64,000 nt of DNA from Tubiluchus corallicola (GCA_030141605.1 JAQGDQ010000730.1:20245-84244), one strand, 5' to 3'. Shown: positions 26,369 through 40,450, counted from the stretch's first letter. The notes: generated from the letters alone by a model not told the origin. Program-made: numbers and translations.

Positions 26369-26639
26369 CTAAAAATTAAAAATACATTCTGAAGTCGAAA
26401 CTACTTTCAGTTGGTCAGCCACCAATAAATGTCATTAAACTGCAGAAAACTAAAAACATAAAATCTTCGGGTTACAGCACAAGTGCTGGATTATTTTTTC
26501 CATTTTGAAATATACATATATATATATATATCCTTTTACATAGAATGTGTATTGTACATAGAGCAAATCATTCGCCATTGAATGCAGGCAAAACTATTTG
26601 TTCATTATCTAAAACAGAGATAGTTAGTCACAATTTCTG

Positions 26640-26657
26640 GTGGGTGGGTGGGTGGTT

Positions 26658-26750
<93 letters not shown>

Positions 26751-26777
26751 CGCGCGTGCGTGCGTGCGTGCGTGTGT
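26640..26777. repeat. (GT)n(GC)n microsatellite
   Basis: Direct inspection; alternating purine-pyrimidine. Confidence 0.95.
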
Positions 26778-27589
26778 TTAGAAAATTGTTTACATGAGCC
26801 TAGTAGTTTAGAAAATTTACGCACAAGCAGCTAGGGGGTCTGGGGGAGTGGTGGTGTCCCCTAGTGGGGTCACGAGCAGAGCCCCGGGTACCAATGTATT
26901 TTCCTGTTTTTAAGCACATTTTGGAGGCCGAAAATGAGATCTAAATTCTGGAACACGGACTTTCTCAAGCGTCAAAAATTATGTTTTAATAAATTCATTT
27001 TATCTACATTTACCTAGGTAATATTCATTGTATTTTATTGTACTACTCATATATGTTAAAAGCAAGTTAGTAATACACTGTAATGCGGATCTCTCATTAT
27101 GTATGAACAGGGGGTGGGCTGCAAACTTAACAGTCTTTTAGTCTTATGTTTGACTATCCACATTTTGCTGTGTAGATGTTACAGTGAGCTAAAAGTGAGA
27201 CAATGCTGGACAGTGTCCAGACAACCGAAATCAATAAAGAATAAGAATAAGAATCCTTCTATTTCGCACACATGGACAGTATTGGTATTACATCAAGATA
27301 CAAAGATAAAAGAAGCGACACTATGTAAGTGACATAAATAAACATAACTTCTCTATGCAGATCAGCTTTTTGCTTGGGGGTTACACAGACAAAAAAGAGG
27401 TTCATGTGTTTCATGGTTTACTGCTAAAGAATTTTATTTAGCATAAAAAAAATTTCACAAGAAATTTTGTGGACACATGTGCGTCAGTGCGCCCCCCCCC
27501 CGCCAGAGCCTGTGCATTAACACAATAAATTTTAATTCTTTTAAGGAAATTGTAACTATAACAGAAAGGTAATGTTGGTAATTCATGCA

Positions 27590-27800
27590 CAGTGGGCCTG
27601 ATTTGCAAACATGCTTCGATAATCTGACGTACACTGCCCTTGACGCGTGGCCATTCATATTCTTGCATTACTCTAGCTGTTAATGCCTCAGTGACCAGCC
27701 GTAGGTTTGTCATGGGTTAAAGCTAGGACTTGCTTCCTACGAGAACGTGGAAGAACCACCAACTCTTTCTTGTCCTTGCACAGGTAATAAAGTACACCTG
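27590..27800 (-). mobile_element. Gypsy integrase zinc-binding (H2C2) relic
   Basis: LVVLPRSRRKQVLALTHDKPTAGH*GIN, frameshift, ARVMQEYEWPRVKGSVRQIIEACLQ. Confidence 0.72.
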
Positions 27801-28404
27801 CATGAAAGATATGACCTGATCTGGCTTCTTTAGCCTGTTTAATTGAGACAGCGTTATTCAACAGGTTTCGTTGACTCGCATCTTGCAGCGGTTCCCGCTT
27901 AAAGCTCTTTCATACTCGCTTTCAACAACTGCGCATGCGTTTCAGGGGATGAGTGCCTGACCATTAATCAACTCTCACTTTCCACAAATGTTCCTTTTCA
28001 AGTTGTGTTGCCTTGGAACAAGTTATATTACACGCACATGCACACGCACACACAAACACACATGCATGCACACACGCATACACACACACAATTTGTAATC
28101 GCTGCTCTTTAAATTGGAATAAAGACATAATTCCAATCATTTTCTCTTTTATTTATGGTTATAACACTTCCCATATCATTTCCGTTCGTCACTAAAACAA
28201 AACAAAAGGAACTGTTGTTTAACATTCTTTTTATTAGCACAATAAATTGTCATTTACACAATTTAATAAATTTGTATAAGCTTCAATAACTGGTTCCTTT
28301 GGCTGAACGTGCTTGAGTTTCGAAAAATCTAAACTTCAAAATTTGCATGAAGATAAAATTGTCTCTTCAATTTTTGCTTTTTAACAAAATTGGTAACTGT
28401 CAAC

Positions 28405-28780
28405 TAGGGGTGAGCATTCTCTACCAGAACGCGAATTCGAATCGAACCGAATTTCAGTGTTTCGAATTCGAACCGAATTCGAATTGAGATTGAACGATTT
28501 TCGAACTAGTTTTCGAACCACCAGTAAAAATTAGTCTTAGAAAGGTCACGGATATCACTAGATTTTGTTCTGCAATAAAACGACTAGTAATTGGCTTAAA
28601 GTTGTGCACAGAAATAACAAATAAATTATGTTAATTGCATGATGTGTCAATCGTTTTAATGATCAGGAACATATGTGATTGAAGTGCTGAATTATTCGAA
28701 TCTATAGTTTTGGATTCGAATCGTGTTCGAACTAAAAAACCTCGTTCGAATCGAATTCGAGCGTTCGATGCTCACCCCTA
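28405..28780 (+). mobile_element. hAT-type MITE, family C copy 1 (TTCGAA-rich)
   Basis: TAGGGGTGAGCAT...ATGCTCACCCCTA; flanks CTGTCAAC/CTGTAAAC; inverted copy at 60564-60930. Confidence 0.85.
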
Positions 28781-30064
28781 CTGTAAACGGTAACTGACAC
28801 AGTCGAAGACTGATGTATTGCTACATAAGCCTTTTTACATTTACATTTAACCTTACAGAGAGCATATTATTGATAACAATTACTCCCAAACCGACTCTGT
28901 GGTACTAGGCTAGCTCAACATGACTTCAATGTTTGCATTGTTTTCGCTCTATTATTTCACTTATTCTCTATTATAACCCACTGCTGAACGAAGCTCGAGT
29001 GCTAACTGAGCCGTTTTGTTAACTAACAGTCTTTTGTGCAAAGACGCTAATGCTACTCAACGAGCTGCTTTGTTAACTGTTCCTGCCTGCCTCCTGAATA
29101 GATTACATGCAAACAAATTAACTACATCCTGACTTTCAGGTAAACACATACTCATGCTCATACTGTTCGCATTTATGGAGCGCTGGCCGCGTGTCAAAAA
29201 GTTGGAAATAAATTTGCTTACCGGCCTCATTACGAGCCGCTGACACCCTTCAAATTTTTGACATTTTCTAAAAAAAATTGGGGGGGCCCAGGCCCCCCCC
29301 CGGGCCCCTATGGCACCACGCCACTGACAATTATGAAATGCAATTACTGTTTTAGGTTCTGTCTAGATAAAATATTAAAGTTCATATCAGGCACCTAAAT
29401 TGTGATAAAACATTAGGACAAATTTTACAGCTCAACGTGCAGATTTTATATAAGTAAGGAAGAGTAATACTAATAAATTAAAAATATTAAAAGATACAAA
29501 ACATAATAACGAATAATTATGACATTTTAGATAATGATAGAACAACAACAACTACTACTACTGTAGAAGCATTAGGAATACGGGGATCAACAATAAAAAT
29601 TATAAGAGAAATAATAATTTTGAAACTTGAATTGATTTTCAAATTTGTTTCTTGGACTAATGCAGAAATCACCTGCTGCAAATATAAAATCATGCTTAAT
29701 GTAAGATTTGAAAAACATATGAAGTTTAATCCCATTGTAATCACTGATACCAACAATTTGGTTTTGGCAAATAAAGCAGACATTATAGTCGAAACTCTAC
29801 ATTACACTATGTCAGGAGTGTAGAGTTTCAACACTAGCTACAATAAACTTTACACGATATTGTACCTTAATTATTGCCACTTTACTGCAATGGCTAATAT
29901 TTACTTATCTGAAAGCATCAAAGCAAAAACCACATCAAATCTTGCTGCATAAAGAAAAACAGTTTATTAAAATAGCTGACACTATACCTAAAATCAACAG
30001 CCTGCTTTTACTGTATGTATGTATGGGAAAAATGTATCGTAAATTGTGTCTTTCTCGGTAAAAT

Positions 30065-30330
30065 CTACAATATTTTTTCCTTGTCAACGAAAGTTGGGTA
30101 ATTTCCGAGTAAGCTTGAAACTGTTGCAAGAAAAGTTACAGAAAGCTTGTACCAAAACGCATGTGGCGCTATTCGTAGCGTTGAATTGCAAAGATCTTTG
30201 TTGCAGTAGCACAGTACTGTTACATTTTTCCTTGTTCCACCGTGTTGCTCAATTGTCAGACATGAATCACTTTTGTGATCTGCAGCACAACCACGCCACA
30301 CCTGGTTCGGGGTGAATTCGGGAGAACTAT
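30065..30330 (-). CDS. Ly6/uPAR three-finger protein, exon 3
   Basis: tttttcag| SSPEFTPNQVWRGC...DSC...LCYCNKDLCN followed by a hydrophobic tail; CxCxxDLCN signature. Confidence 0.85.
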
Positions 30331-32540
30331 CTGAAAAAAGTGCTGGCACTTATAATGCATAATTCAATTTTAATAACAATAATAGTGAAAATTTTAATTA
30401 TTAATGAAAAGAACCCTAAATTTAAAAACAAAGAAATGTACGACGTTTCAAACTGGCAGTAGAGGTTATCTTCGTGCAAAGCAACACAAAAGAACTGGAA
30501 AGAGAAAAGGAGTAATCATTTTACTTGTCTACTTTGTTTGTTTGCTGTGCTTCTGTTCCTTTCATATTTAATAATATTGTTAATGGTTAATTGCAATAAT
30601 TTTACGTGTTAATTATAAAAAATGTCCAAGAAAGGTAAATTTATTGACAGAATAGCAATCAATGTATGACATCCGTCACTTTGTCAAAATCACCCATTTG
30701 CCTGGTGTCGCTGGATTTGAAACCCACCCTCCCGCCACCCACTATTAAAATAAGAATGTAATTTTTGTGTGAACTCTAGGTTTAAGTACTTTTAACATTG
30801 CAATGTTTTGTTCTGTAATGTGGAATTTTTATATAATGTACCACTGTACATTGTTGAAACTGCTTTACAAGGCGTTTGTATAATTTTTTAATGTATTGCA
30901 GCATTGCAAACAGTGCTTTATTATGTTTGTCATCATAGACGCAAGCAGTATTGTGATTCGTGTAGTCACGTATTGGGTGGGGCAATATCTGGGTGTGCCC
31001 CACCTTTTTTGCCTGGCTATATTGAATGTATTGTCATGTCAACAAATGACCCCATTTTATAAACTAATTTCATTCTTGGTGCTTTTGCAAAAAACTAACC
31101 AGGTTTAGCCAATCTTACCTTTAGATCGGTTTTATGAACATTAGCTTATAAAAATTTGTATTAATAATTTCTCGTGATTTTTTTGTGTAAGTTTCCTTAT
31201 GTTGTGCTCTAGGAACATCAGGAATGAAAAGTTTATTACAGCCAGTTGAACGATCATGACAATTATAGATGGCATTTTTCAAAATAACGATAATAAATAC
31301 TGTTCTCGACTCTCAAGTTCCTCCTGACGACTCCAAAAACCCTGTATTTGTATTTGTTTTTTGTCTTCCTTACTCCTTTCATAACATATTCCTTGCAAAA
31401 TATTAAAACTATACGTATACAAAATTTCTCTCCATTAATACAAACTATTTTATGATTATAATTACACTCCTACAAAAGTGAGAATATAATCATCTCTCAA
31501 AAAACTAAAACTATAAAATGTAAACCTACTCCGATGACCCTCTTTCTCCAAACTGTTTTTTAGCACCATCCTGTTCTTACTGACCTACCTTACTTTTCCT
31601 TTTTCACATTTATTACATAATTCTTTTCTCTCTATTACAAACTACATATATGAACAAATGCCACGTGCCACTAGCTGGTCGGCCGCTGCTTAGCGATATG
31701 CTTCAGTACAACCTAAAGACGTGAGCTCGCACTCAGCATAACCTTTTTGGTTATCAAATTTCCAGGATCAATTTTTACATTGGTTTTCATAAACAAAATA
31801 ACGATAATAATTACTGCACAATTTCTTTTCGATTGAATGAATTGTTTTGTTTTGCTGAAAGTACATCCGTTCTTCCAAACATGGGCAAAGCCAAGTTTAC
31901 ATAATGTTGGGTCAATACATACAATACAATGTTACCCAATTATTGTGACCATTCATATAATTTTATTTCTTTATACATCAAGTGAGCATTTGCACTAAAC
32001 TATCTTTGGGCGTCTCAAAAATATTCAACTAGAATTCCACCATTAATTTAATTATGAATATACAAAGTGGATGGACAGAAGAAAATCATTTTAATTACTC
32101 TAAATTTAAATTTATGTTGTATTGTCATCATACTTTTCTTAGTTTTGGATAGTGCTGCCACCTTCAGGTGTTCTTGTTAAAATTGTTAAAGCTTTCTCTT
32201 TACTGTTTAAATTTTCATTGGCTTCTACAGTGTTTATGAATGCATAATCTCTAAACTTGTTTTCACACCTAAATGATTTCACCTGTAGTTCTGGTCACTT
32301 GGTTTTCTGCTTTTCAACATGACACTACTTCACTGTTTATGTAGACATTTCAGAAGAAAATCTTGAAACTAAATTTCAAGTTCTTTGGTTTCTTCAAACC
32401 ACTGGGTACACAGCAAGCTCAGCTCTAACAGCAAGTTTTATTGACTTTAGAAAGAACACCAAGCGTACGTTTACAAAATTTCAGTACGCTAAGCTCGGTT
32501 TTTGCCGTATTATAATCAGTTTCAAGTGTATTTCTCTTAA

Positions 32541-33077
32541 CCCTTTCAGTCCAACATTATACTTTACTAAACAAAAAGCTAAGTACTGGACTTACAAAGA
32601 GGTTTTTGCACATCACTGCATTATGGAGTGTAACAACAAAACAGTTTTTGCATTGCATTTCTGTGTCTATTATTATAAAAGTGAATTACAACCGTTTGTT
32701 CCCAATGCATCCTGTTGGATACACAATACTCTTTGTCATGTGCAAAAAACAAAGTCCGACTTTTTAAAAAAACAGAACAAAATCAAAAATGTGCTTCATT
32801 TTACAACTGCTGATAATTTTTTAAAGTATTTAAGACATTTAGTATGCATGCTATGCTGATCTGTACAAAGTCGTCTCTAAAGTACTGTACCTTGCACAGT
32901 TTTCTATCCTATGTAGATTTTCTAGTTTGCCATTTTATCACCATTTTTAGTCTATTGTTATTGGCTTAACTCAAAATAACTATTAACAGAACAAATAACA
33001 GTCAGTTTTAAAATTTTATTAATTTTAAAGGCAGAAAATATTCTCGTATCCCACGGGATACAACGGGTATGAAAGGG
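32541..33077 (+). mobile_element. piggyBac-like (TTAA) MITE, family D copy 1
   Basis: TTAA|CCCTTTCA...TGAAAGGG|TTAA; homologous to 39608-40052 and 59139-59596. Confidence 0.85.
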
Positions 33078-33231
33078 TTAAACGATTTTTCCACATTTAA
33101 AACAAAAGCAAGTTTGTGACAAAACATTCAATATAATGTTTTAAACACGTGGCCATGGCGGGTTATGTAAGTATGGGAAACCTTCAAATATAAAATAACT
33201 TCTCTTATTACCGCTTTGGATAATGACTTAC

Positions 33232-33390
33232 TATAATATCCTTTAGGAACACTTATAATTGTTGTCGTCATGCAGGACTGTCCATTGGCGCACTTTTTTT
33301 GTTCACCCAGTTCAATTTCAAAGGTTAAATCGTCCAGTTTGCAGTCATCGCATTGATAACAACTCAAATCTTTTGCTTGAATCTCAGTTA
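33232..33390 (-). CDS. Ly6/uPAR three-finger protein, exon 2
   Basis: cctttag| TEIQAKDLSCYQCDDC...KKCANGQSCMTTTIISVPKGYY |gtaagt; phase 1-1; 159 nt. Confidence 0.87.
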
Positions 33391-35275
33391 CTAAAGGAAT
33401 AAATAAGCTAATTCAGTCTGAGTTATGTATATATTATCATTATTCATTATTTCAATTATTAATCATTTTTTTAAGATTTCCACGTACAGTTTGGCCTGTC
33501 AAGCTATGCTGTTAGGCTCAAACTGTATGCATCAAAATTATTCTGTAATGTAATTTGCACATGTATATGCGGCATTTTGTAATTTCTCGATAATACTGCA
33601 TTTATTTGTATTTAAATTTATATTTACTTAAATGGATAATTATCTGTATTTTAATGATAATTGTAAGATGCAATGCGGAAATGAATAAACTCTTGAAACT
33701 CTTGAGTGGCATTCATTGCCTTTCTACAGATAACTCTTTTGTTTCAATCTAGAATACGAAATAAATATAATAAATAATATACTAAGTTTATTAAATATCA
33801 AATGATAAATAAGAGTAAAAGAGGAGTTGTTAAATTGTGTTAAAAGGGCTAAATTATGCTAAACCATAATTCTGATGAAATGCTGGCATGAAGCCCAGTT
33901 AAGGTGTGATATCACGTGATCAAGTGATTCGGAATCGAACTTAGCGTGGGCAGTCGATGCGCCGAAGCTTACGGCGCATGGTAGTTTAGTAAAACCTTTG
34001 TGATGCCCGCATCTCGTCAGATCAGATCAGAGACCAGAGCAGAGCAGATCCGATCATTGGGCTGGGCATTACTATCTGTTATGATATTTACTGTGCTTAA
34101 TGTTTAATAAACGTGTTGTTTGTTAACTTGAGTCTTAATAATCTCGCTAGCCCAGAAACACTAATATTCACCTAGCAACGCACACAAACACAAACAACGC
34201 AACCAATTATTTTACTATAAGATAACTTAGTCAGACTGGAGGTCCTTGCATTTTTTATAACAAGTTAAATGTTTTGTTTCAATCTCAGTTTCATTGATAA
34301 ACTGACAAATCTTTTCCTTGTGCCTCAGGAGAAAATAAACTGGTTTATCTTTGCATTCACAGTAATCAGTCGTTTGCTTGGTACAGAAAAGCAAAACACT
34401 TTCTTCTCATCTGTACTTGTCTAGCTGAGTTCCAATGCGTCGTGGGTGTAACTTTAGATACCCTTTAATTAGCCCCCCCCCCCTACAGGCGGTTATGCTT
34501 TGCGTTCAGTTTTGAGTTCAAGACATTTGGGGATCGGCTGCAGGCAAATTTTAATCTTTTCAATAGATATTATTGCTAACAATATCATTTTCTTGTTGAG
34601 CAATTATCATTACCCTATTCTATACAGGTTATACAGGTTTATTTATTTCAACTCCGCATCTAACAGTTATAATAAAAATACAGATAATTTCACTGAAGTA
34701 AATATAAATATAAATGCAATATTATCCAGAAAGTTACAAAAGAGATTCTTATGCAGCATATACATGTGCAAATTACATTACAGAGTAATTTTGATGCATA
34801 CAGTTTGAGCCTAAAAGCATAGCTTGACAGGCCAAACTGTACGTGGAAATCTTAAAGAAGTGATTAATAATTAATAATGATAATATATACATAAAAGTGG
34901 GAGGGGGGAGTAGTGAATGAAAGATGAAATGGAGTGAGAACTAAGAAAAACTGTGATCATAATTATAAAGTGTTCAGTAACCTGTTGAGCGTAGTCACGT
35001 TTTATTAAGATTACTGTGGAAAAAGAATGCAGGTGATTACCATTATCAAACTGTGTTATTCTCAATACTTTTGAAATACTTCTTATAGGTAATGCACCCC
35101 AGTCGTATAATGAACTTGTGCTAATATGTAGATAGTCGTACACTTTTGCTTGAATTTTACAGTTGCAACATTTTCTGTTACTTCACAACAAGTCAAATCT
35201 TCTGCTATCGACACAAATTATTAACAAATTATTGTGCCTTATTACAATGACACAAAAACGTACAAACGTACTTAC

Positions 35276-35333
35276 GATTTACTAAGTTCAGCAGGAGAAG
35301 CAAACTAAGAAAAACCACGTCGTTTTTCTTCAT
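35276..35333 (-). CDS. Ly6/uPAR three-finger protein, exon 1 (signal peptide)
   Basis: MKKNDVVFLSLLLLLNLVN then C|gtaagt; the three exons total 483 nt = 160 aa with 10 Cys. Confidence 0.82.
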
Positions 35334-35705
35334 ATTTACTTCAAAGTTGTACATTAATTTTTGTTTCTTTAGAACTTCGTGTCTTGAGAAAACTGACAAG
35401 TGCCCATAGCAACCACATAACCAGCTGATTGCGTAATAATGAATGAACATTCCAGAAATCAGAGATAGTTGTAGTTAATTATTTCAAAGAACTTAGAGAA
35501 TGCATTGTATGTTTTAACAGTTCTTTGCATTTTAAACGCCATGTTCGTATTAAGACTAAGATCGCTGAAAGAACAAACCTCTAGTAGCAGTACTGGATGT
35601 TATAGGAACAAGTGTAAAAACCCATCTGGAGTGTCCAGGACTGCAAAACTAAAGGCGCAGCCTGACTCTGATTGTAAACTCTCAGGTGTGAACTGTTTTT
35701 TTTAA

Positions 35706-35960
35706 TATTGTTATTGTTATTATTTTTATTATTGTTGTTGTTTTGTTTTATTATTATTATTATCAATATCATTACTATTATTATTATTATTATTATTAAT
35801 ATCATCATCATTATTATTATTATTACTATTATTATATTTATTATTATTGCTGTACTTATTATTATTATTTCTATTGTTATTAAAACTATTACTATTAATA
35901 TTATTATTATTATCATCATCATTATTACTATTTTTATATTTATTATTATTGTTGTTGTCG
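35706..35960. repeat. (TAT)n degenerate microsatellite
   Basis: Direct inspection. Confidence 0.9.
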
Positions 35961-37387
35961 TTAGTTTTGCTACTTATTAGTGCTTAATAACATATCGGCA
36001 ACAGATCCAACATACCAATTTTCAATTTTTCATGTGATTTTTAATCGCCGCTGGAATTCTGTTGTGTGAGTCACGGAAAAGCGACGTCACGTCAATAAGT
36101 TCATTAATCGTCTAGGCTCGAGGATTTCTGCATAAACGTTGCAGAAAGCAAATAGTATGAGCGTGTAGAGACCTCGTTTTTGCTAATGTAAGTTGTGATT
36201 TTTAGATTTGACTCGTTGTAAATAAACAATTTGGTGACATATCTTTATGCATAAATAGCTAACTGAAATTAGGAATGATACGTATGTGATATTATTGTTT
36301 AAAATGACAGTGGGCTTATACAAGCCTTTGCTTCTCTAGCCCACTGCAGTACAATTATTCGGCGCTATTACACTTTCGCACCGCCTAGCTTTTCCTGGCC
36401 TATTGGTTGTTTTCACGCCTGCAGGCCAGAAAGCAGACCAACAGGCGTAATATAATCCATATTCCCAGAATATTAGTGCTTTTTAGGCTTTATATGTCCA
36501 GATTAAAATCATGCATTACCTACCGCCGCCATTAAAAGCTGCACGTGAATAACTGTGTTTACACCACTAATGCGCACTCGCTCTCGCGCAGTGACGATGT
36601 GGCCCTTAACATGTATTTTTAGTTTCTTCGCATAATTTATGATTATTAGGGTTGCAGCCACGGGACCCAAGCTGGCATATACGAGGAAATTATTTTAGAC
36701 GACTACAGTTATTTATCATTAATTTTATTTATTACTGTAGTATTATTACTATTAGATTATAAAAAAGTTAAGGTTTTTTCTTTATTTCGTATATGCGGTG
36801 AAGATGAAAGTGTGTCACGTGCTTTTAAGCTAGGCCCTGATAATGCATAAACTAGTACGAAATTCGTCACGTGACTACACACACAAACAAGATGGCGATA
36901 TGCCCTGTATACGTGTAGAACTGTGAATACAGCGTAATTATACCTAAATATGATTAAATTACAATTAGATTAGCGGAAACATTCACTGATGACATAAGAA
37001 TAATAGAATAATGACGTACGAATTCACCATTACGTTTAGGACTTATTGTTGCTAGACACTTTGTAAAATTTACAGTTCCAAACCTATGGAATAAAATGTT
37101 AGTTTATGTTACAACATATCGAACACTACATGGCTTATAATGCTTTTTTCGTGTTTTGCCGTGAACTGCGATAGTTGCAGTACATCCATACTATTTATAT
37201 TTTAATGTTTTTGCATCTCGTTTCTGCCGTACTCCTTTTTTCGTTTCTGTCCTCTTCCCAACATTACTCAATTATTCTATCTTTCTTTTTCTTGTTAAAC
37301 TTAGCCACTTTTTTCCACTTTTTATGGTGTTTTCACAAGCTTTGCTTCTCGGCCACCATGCATCATCTATTTCTTGTTAACAAACTG

Positions 37388-38042
37388 CAGTCTAGCCTCG
37401 TTATCTAGCCCCTCGTTATGCCGCCAAACTCGTCTCTCGCCATAGAAAGTACCAGGATGGATTTCCTGCTTTGATATTTACCTCGTTAAGTCGCCACCCT
37501 CGCTTCTCGCCCTCGCCACGTCATGCTAGGATGAGTGCTTATGTAAACTATATTCGTTATGTCACCAAACAGACAAACTCAGAGGTGAATCGATCAATAC
37601 ATATACCGCGTGTCGATCAATATAACCGCTGTATGTAGACAATGCTGCTGTACTCGATAGACAGACATAATTAATCTAGTGTGTGTCTCACCAGGATAAG
37701 ATTAGGAGTGCTGTGGTTGGTTAATGTGCAGAGAAACTAAAGCGTCACCGATATCCTTACTCTATAACACCTAAGTTTATTGCATTTAAGTGTATACTCG
37801 AAAAAGGTTTTTTAAATAAAAAAGTAACATTCTAAGATTATTTTTATGACATTTTTTCATTTCTGATTTAATGTTGATTGGTATCATAATGTGAAATATA
37901 TTTTATATGTACATAGAGGAACACTATGTTAATCAACTATTATGTATATACATATAGATTAACTTCGTTATATTCCCGTTATCTCGCCTCTCGCCGAAAA
38001 TTTGCCGTAGACGGACAGTGGCGAGACAATGAGGCTAGACTG
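37388..38042. mobile_element. Tigger/pogo-like MITE
   Basis: CAGTCTAGCCTC...GAGGCTAGACTG|TA (left flank is TG). Confidence 0.75.
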
Positions 38043-38188
38043 TATTATGTAGCTAGTGTTAAATATTTGTAATCATATTTGGAATTTTTTCCCTAACTAT
38101 ACCACGCTATAGTATACTAATGTAGTTAGCGCATAATAGTTATAATGATAATAATGCAAATCGCAATGTAAAAATACATGCTGAAGTA

Positions 38189-38812
38189 CCATATATACTT
38201 GTGTACAAGTCGATGAGCATTTTAGGACCAAAAATTGCATCATTTTAGATATTATCTGTGTACAAGTCGACCATAAAATATTAAGATCTTCCAGGATAAA
38301 TGATGTAATTCATCACCTTCCCATTTGAAGAAAAAATAATTTACTTAAATTAATACCTCTGCGTAGTTGTGTTTTATATATGTGTGTATGCTTGTAATCG
38401 ATATTTTGCCATTAAAACACGCATATACAGCATAAAACTTCCCACAGCAGCCGACAGGCGGCAGCACCTACACAACATTGGCGGTTTCCATGTTCTGATC
38501 GAGTGCTCCGTCGCTAGTTTATTTACCGGTAATATATAAATTTTTACTTAATTTCACATACATTAAAATAAATTACATTAATATTTGTTAATTTTGTGAA
38601 GTAATGTCAAGATGCGAACATTCTCTGATGTGAAATATCACAGTGTGAGTGTTCATTCAGTCCAGCGTATAATGAAGGATTATTTCTTATTCGTATTGTA
38701 GACGATTCTTTAGCGACATCTCCCAAAAACATATCTTAAGTATAAGTCGATCCCTAAAATTTCACCTTAAAATCGCTTCCCAAAAATTCGACTTGTAAAT
38801 AAGTATATACGG
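38189..38812. mobile_element. Tigger/pogo-like MITE
   Basis: TA|CCATATATACTTGTGTACAAGTCGA...TCGACTTGTAAATAAGTATATACGG|TA. Confidence 0.82.
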
Positions 38813-38825
38813 TAATAAAGATAAT

Positions 38826-39228
38826 TGTGGAAGTTGGAATTGTACATTTTTAATTAGGTGCTGCCATCTATGAACTAATCCTGTTACATTCCACCAGCTA
38901 ACTTACCCCCCAGTATAATTGTATGGTCCAGTGAATGCATATTCATTGGTTCTCTCCCTATTTTAAAGTAATGGTTGTTGTGAAACCTTTGCAAGTCTGC
39001 ATAGGTCACCTATACCTATGTATACTGACTGGTTTTGCTTTCTAGTCACTCTCACTCTCAGTGTTCAGTGCAGCAGTTGTGCTACTCATGTGTCTGTAGT
39101 TTAATAAACACTTTTCTGTTTATGCAGTGCAACTATGTATTATAAATTTTTATTCTTGTTCATACTTCTGTGCCTAAACTCAATCATTACAAAGGGAGTG
39201 ATCTACAACTTTAAACATGACTTTTACA
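38826..39228 (+). mobile_element. Solo LTR, 403 bp
   Basis: TGTGGAAG...CTTTTACA ends, internal AATAAA, 5-bp duplication ATAAT on both sides. Confidence 0.7.
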
Positions 39229-39607
39229 ATAATAATGCAAATTGCAATGCTAAATTACATGCTGAAGTGATAATAAATTACAAATTACTTTGAAAATAGA
39301 TTTTATTAAAAGAGTTTACTGAGTTTTACAGCAGCAGATTTGTCGGTTTAAGATGGTAATGTTAGAACTAACACAGATTATCAGTAAATACAGTACTAAA
39401 GTTTAAGACACAAGTAGGAAATAACTATTATTTTGGAGGGGAGTGGTGGCACAATTAAAGCCAAAGTGCTCTCCTAGTTTTGTGGTCATTAAGCAGAATG
39501 CTTAATAGCATTTTTAATTAATTATAAAAAATATTTTTCTTTCTAGTAAAATGCATCTTCAAAGCCAACCAAGATGGTTAATTAATAAATTTAAAATTTT
39601 GCTTTAA

Positions 39608-40119
39608 CCCTTTCAGTCCCAAATTATTTTTTTAATAAAAAAATTTTTTTGGCTTGGTACCGTTGTTCACTATGTCCATCTTGTTTACACTTAATAATTA
39701 TTTTTTTGTACGCGTGCTAAATATAGCCTGTATCCCACAGGATACATTGTGATTCAATGGAAGCATAAAATGTGCTTCATTTTGCAACTGCTGATAATTT
39801 TTTAAAGTATTTAAGACATTTAGTATGCATGCTATGCTGATCTGTACAAAGTCATCTCTAAAGTACTGTACCTTGCGCAGTTTTTTATGCTATGTAGATT
39901 TTCTAGTTTGCCATTTTATCACCATTTTTAGTCTATTGTTATTGACTTAAATAACTATTAACAGATCAAATAACTGTTAGTTTTAAAATTTTATTAATTT
40001 TAAAGGCAGAAAATATTCTCGTATCACACCGGATACAACGGGTATGAAAGGGTTAAAGGAAAACTGTAAAAGGCAGAAAATATTCTCGTATCCCACGGGA
40101 TACAACGGGTATGAAAGGG
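39608..40119 (+). mobile_element. piggyBac-like MITE, family D copy 2, with a duplicated right end
   Basis: TTAA|CCCTTTCA...GAAAGGG|TTAA at 40052; the last ~52 bp are repeated, ending at 40119|TTAA. Confidence 0.85.
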
Positions 40120-40450
40120 TTAAGAATAGGTAATCTTGAACATACTTCCGACCACTAAAGGTATGTTGTACTAATATGTATACTCTAAAGGTTTGTATGT
40201 TTGATTTTAATCAGTGTAATACTGATTATTTGTTTGTATTTCCCCACAGCAAGTTGTTTCAATGTCTGAAATTTCTGAAGATGATTTTCTAGACTAGAAA
40301 TAATAGTTTTAGCTCAAAAGTCGGATGTTGTTGCATTTTCACTGCTCTCTCTCTTCACTTACTTCATTGTTTGAAGTTTTTGTTTCGTTGTCTTTCTTTC
40401 TATCTGCTACACGTCCGTTTTGAGTTAAAAAAATAATCTCTTATGGAGGC

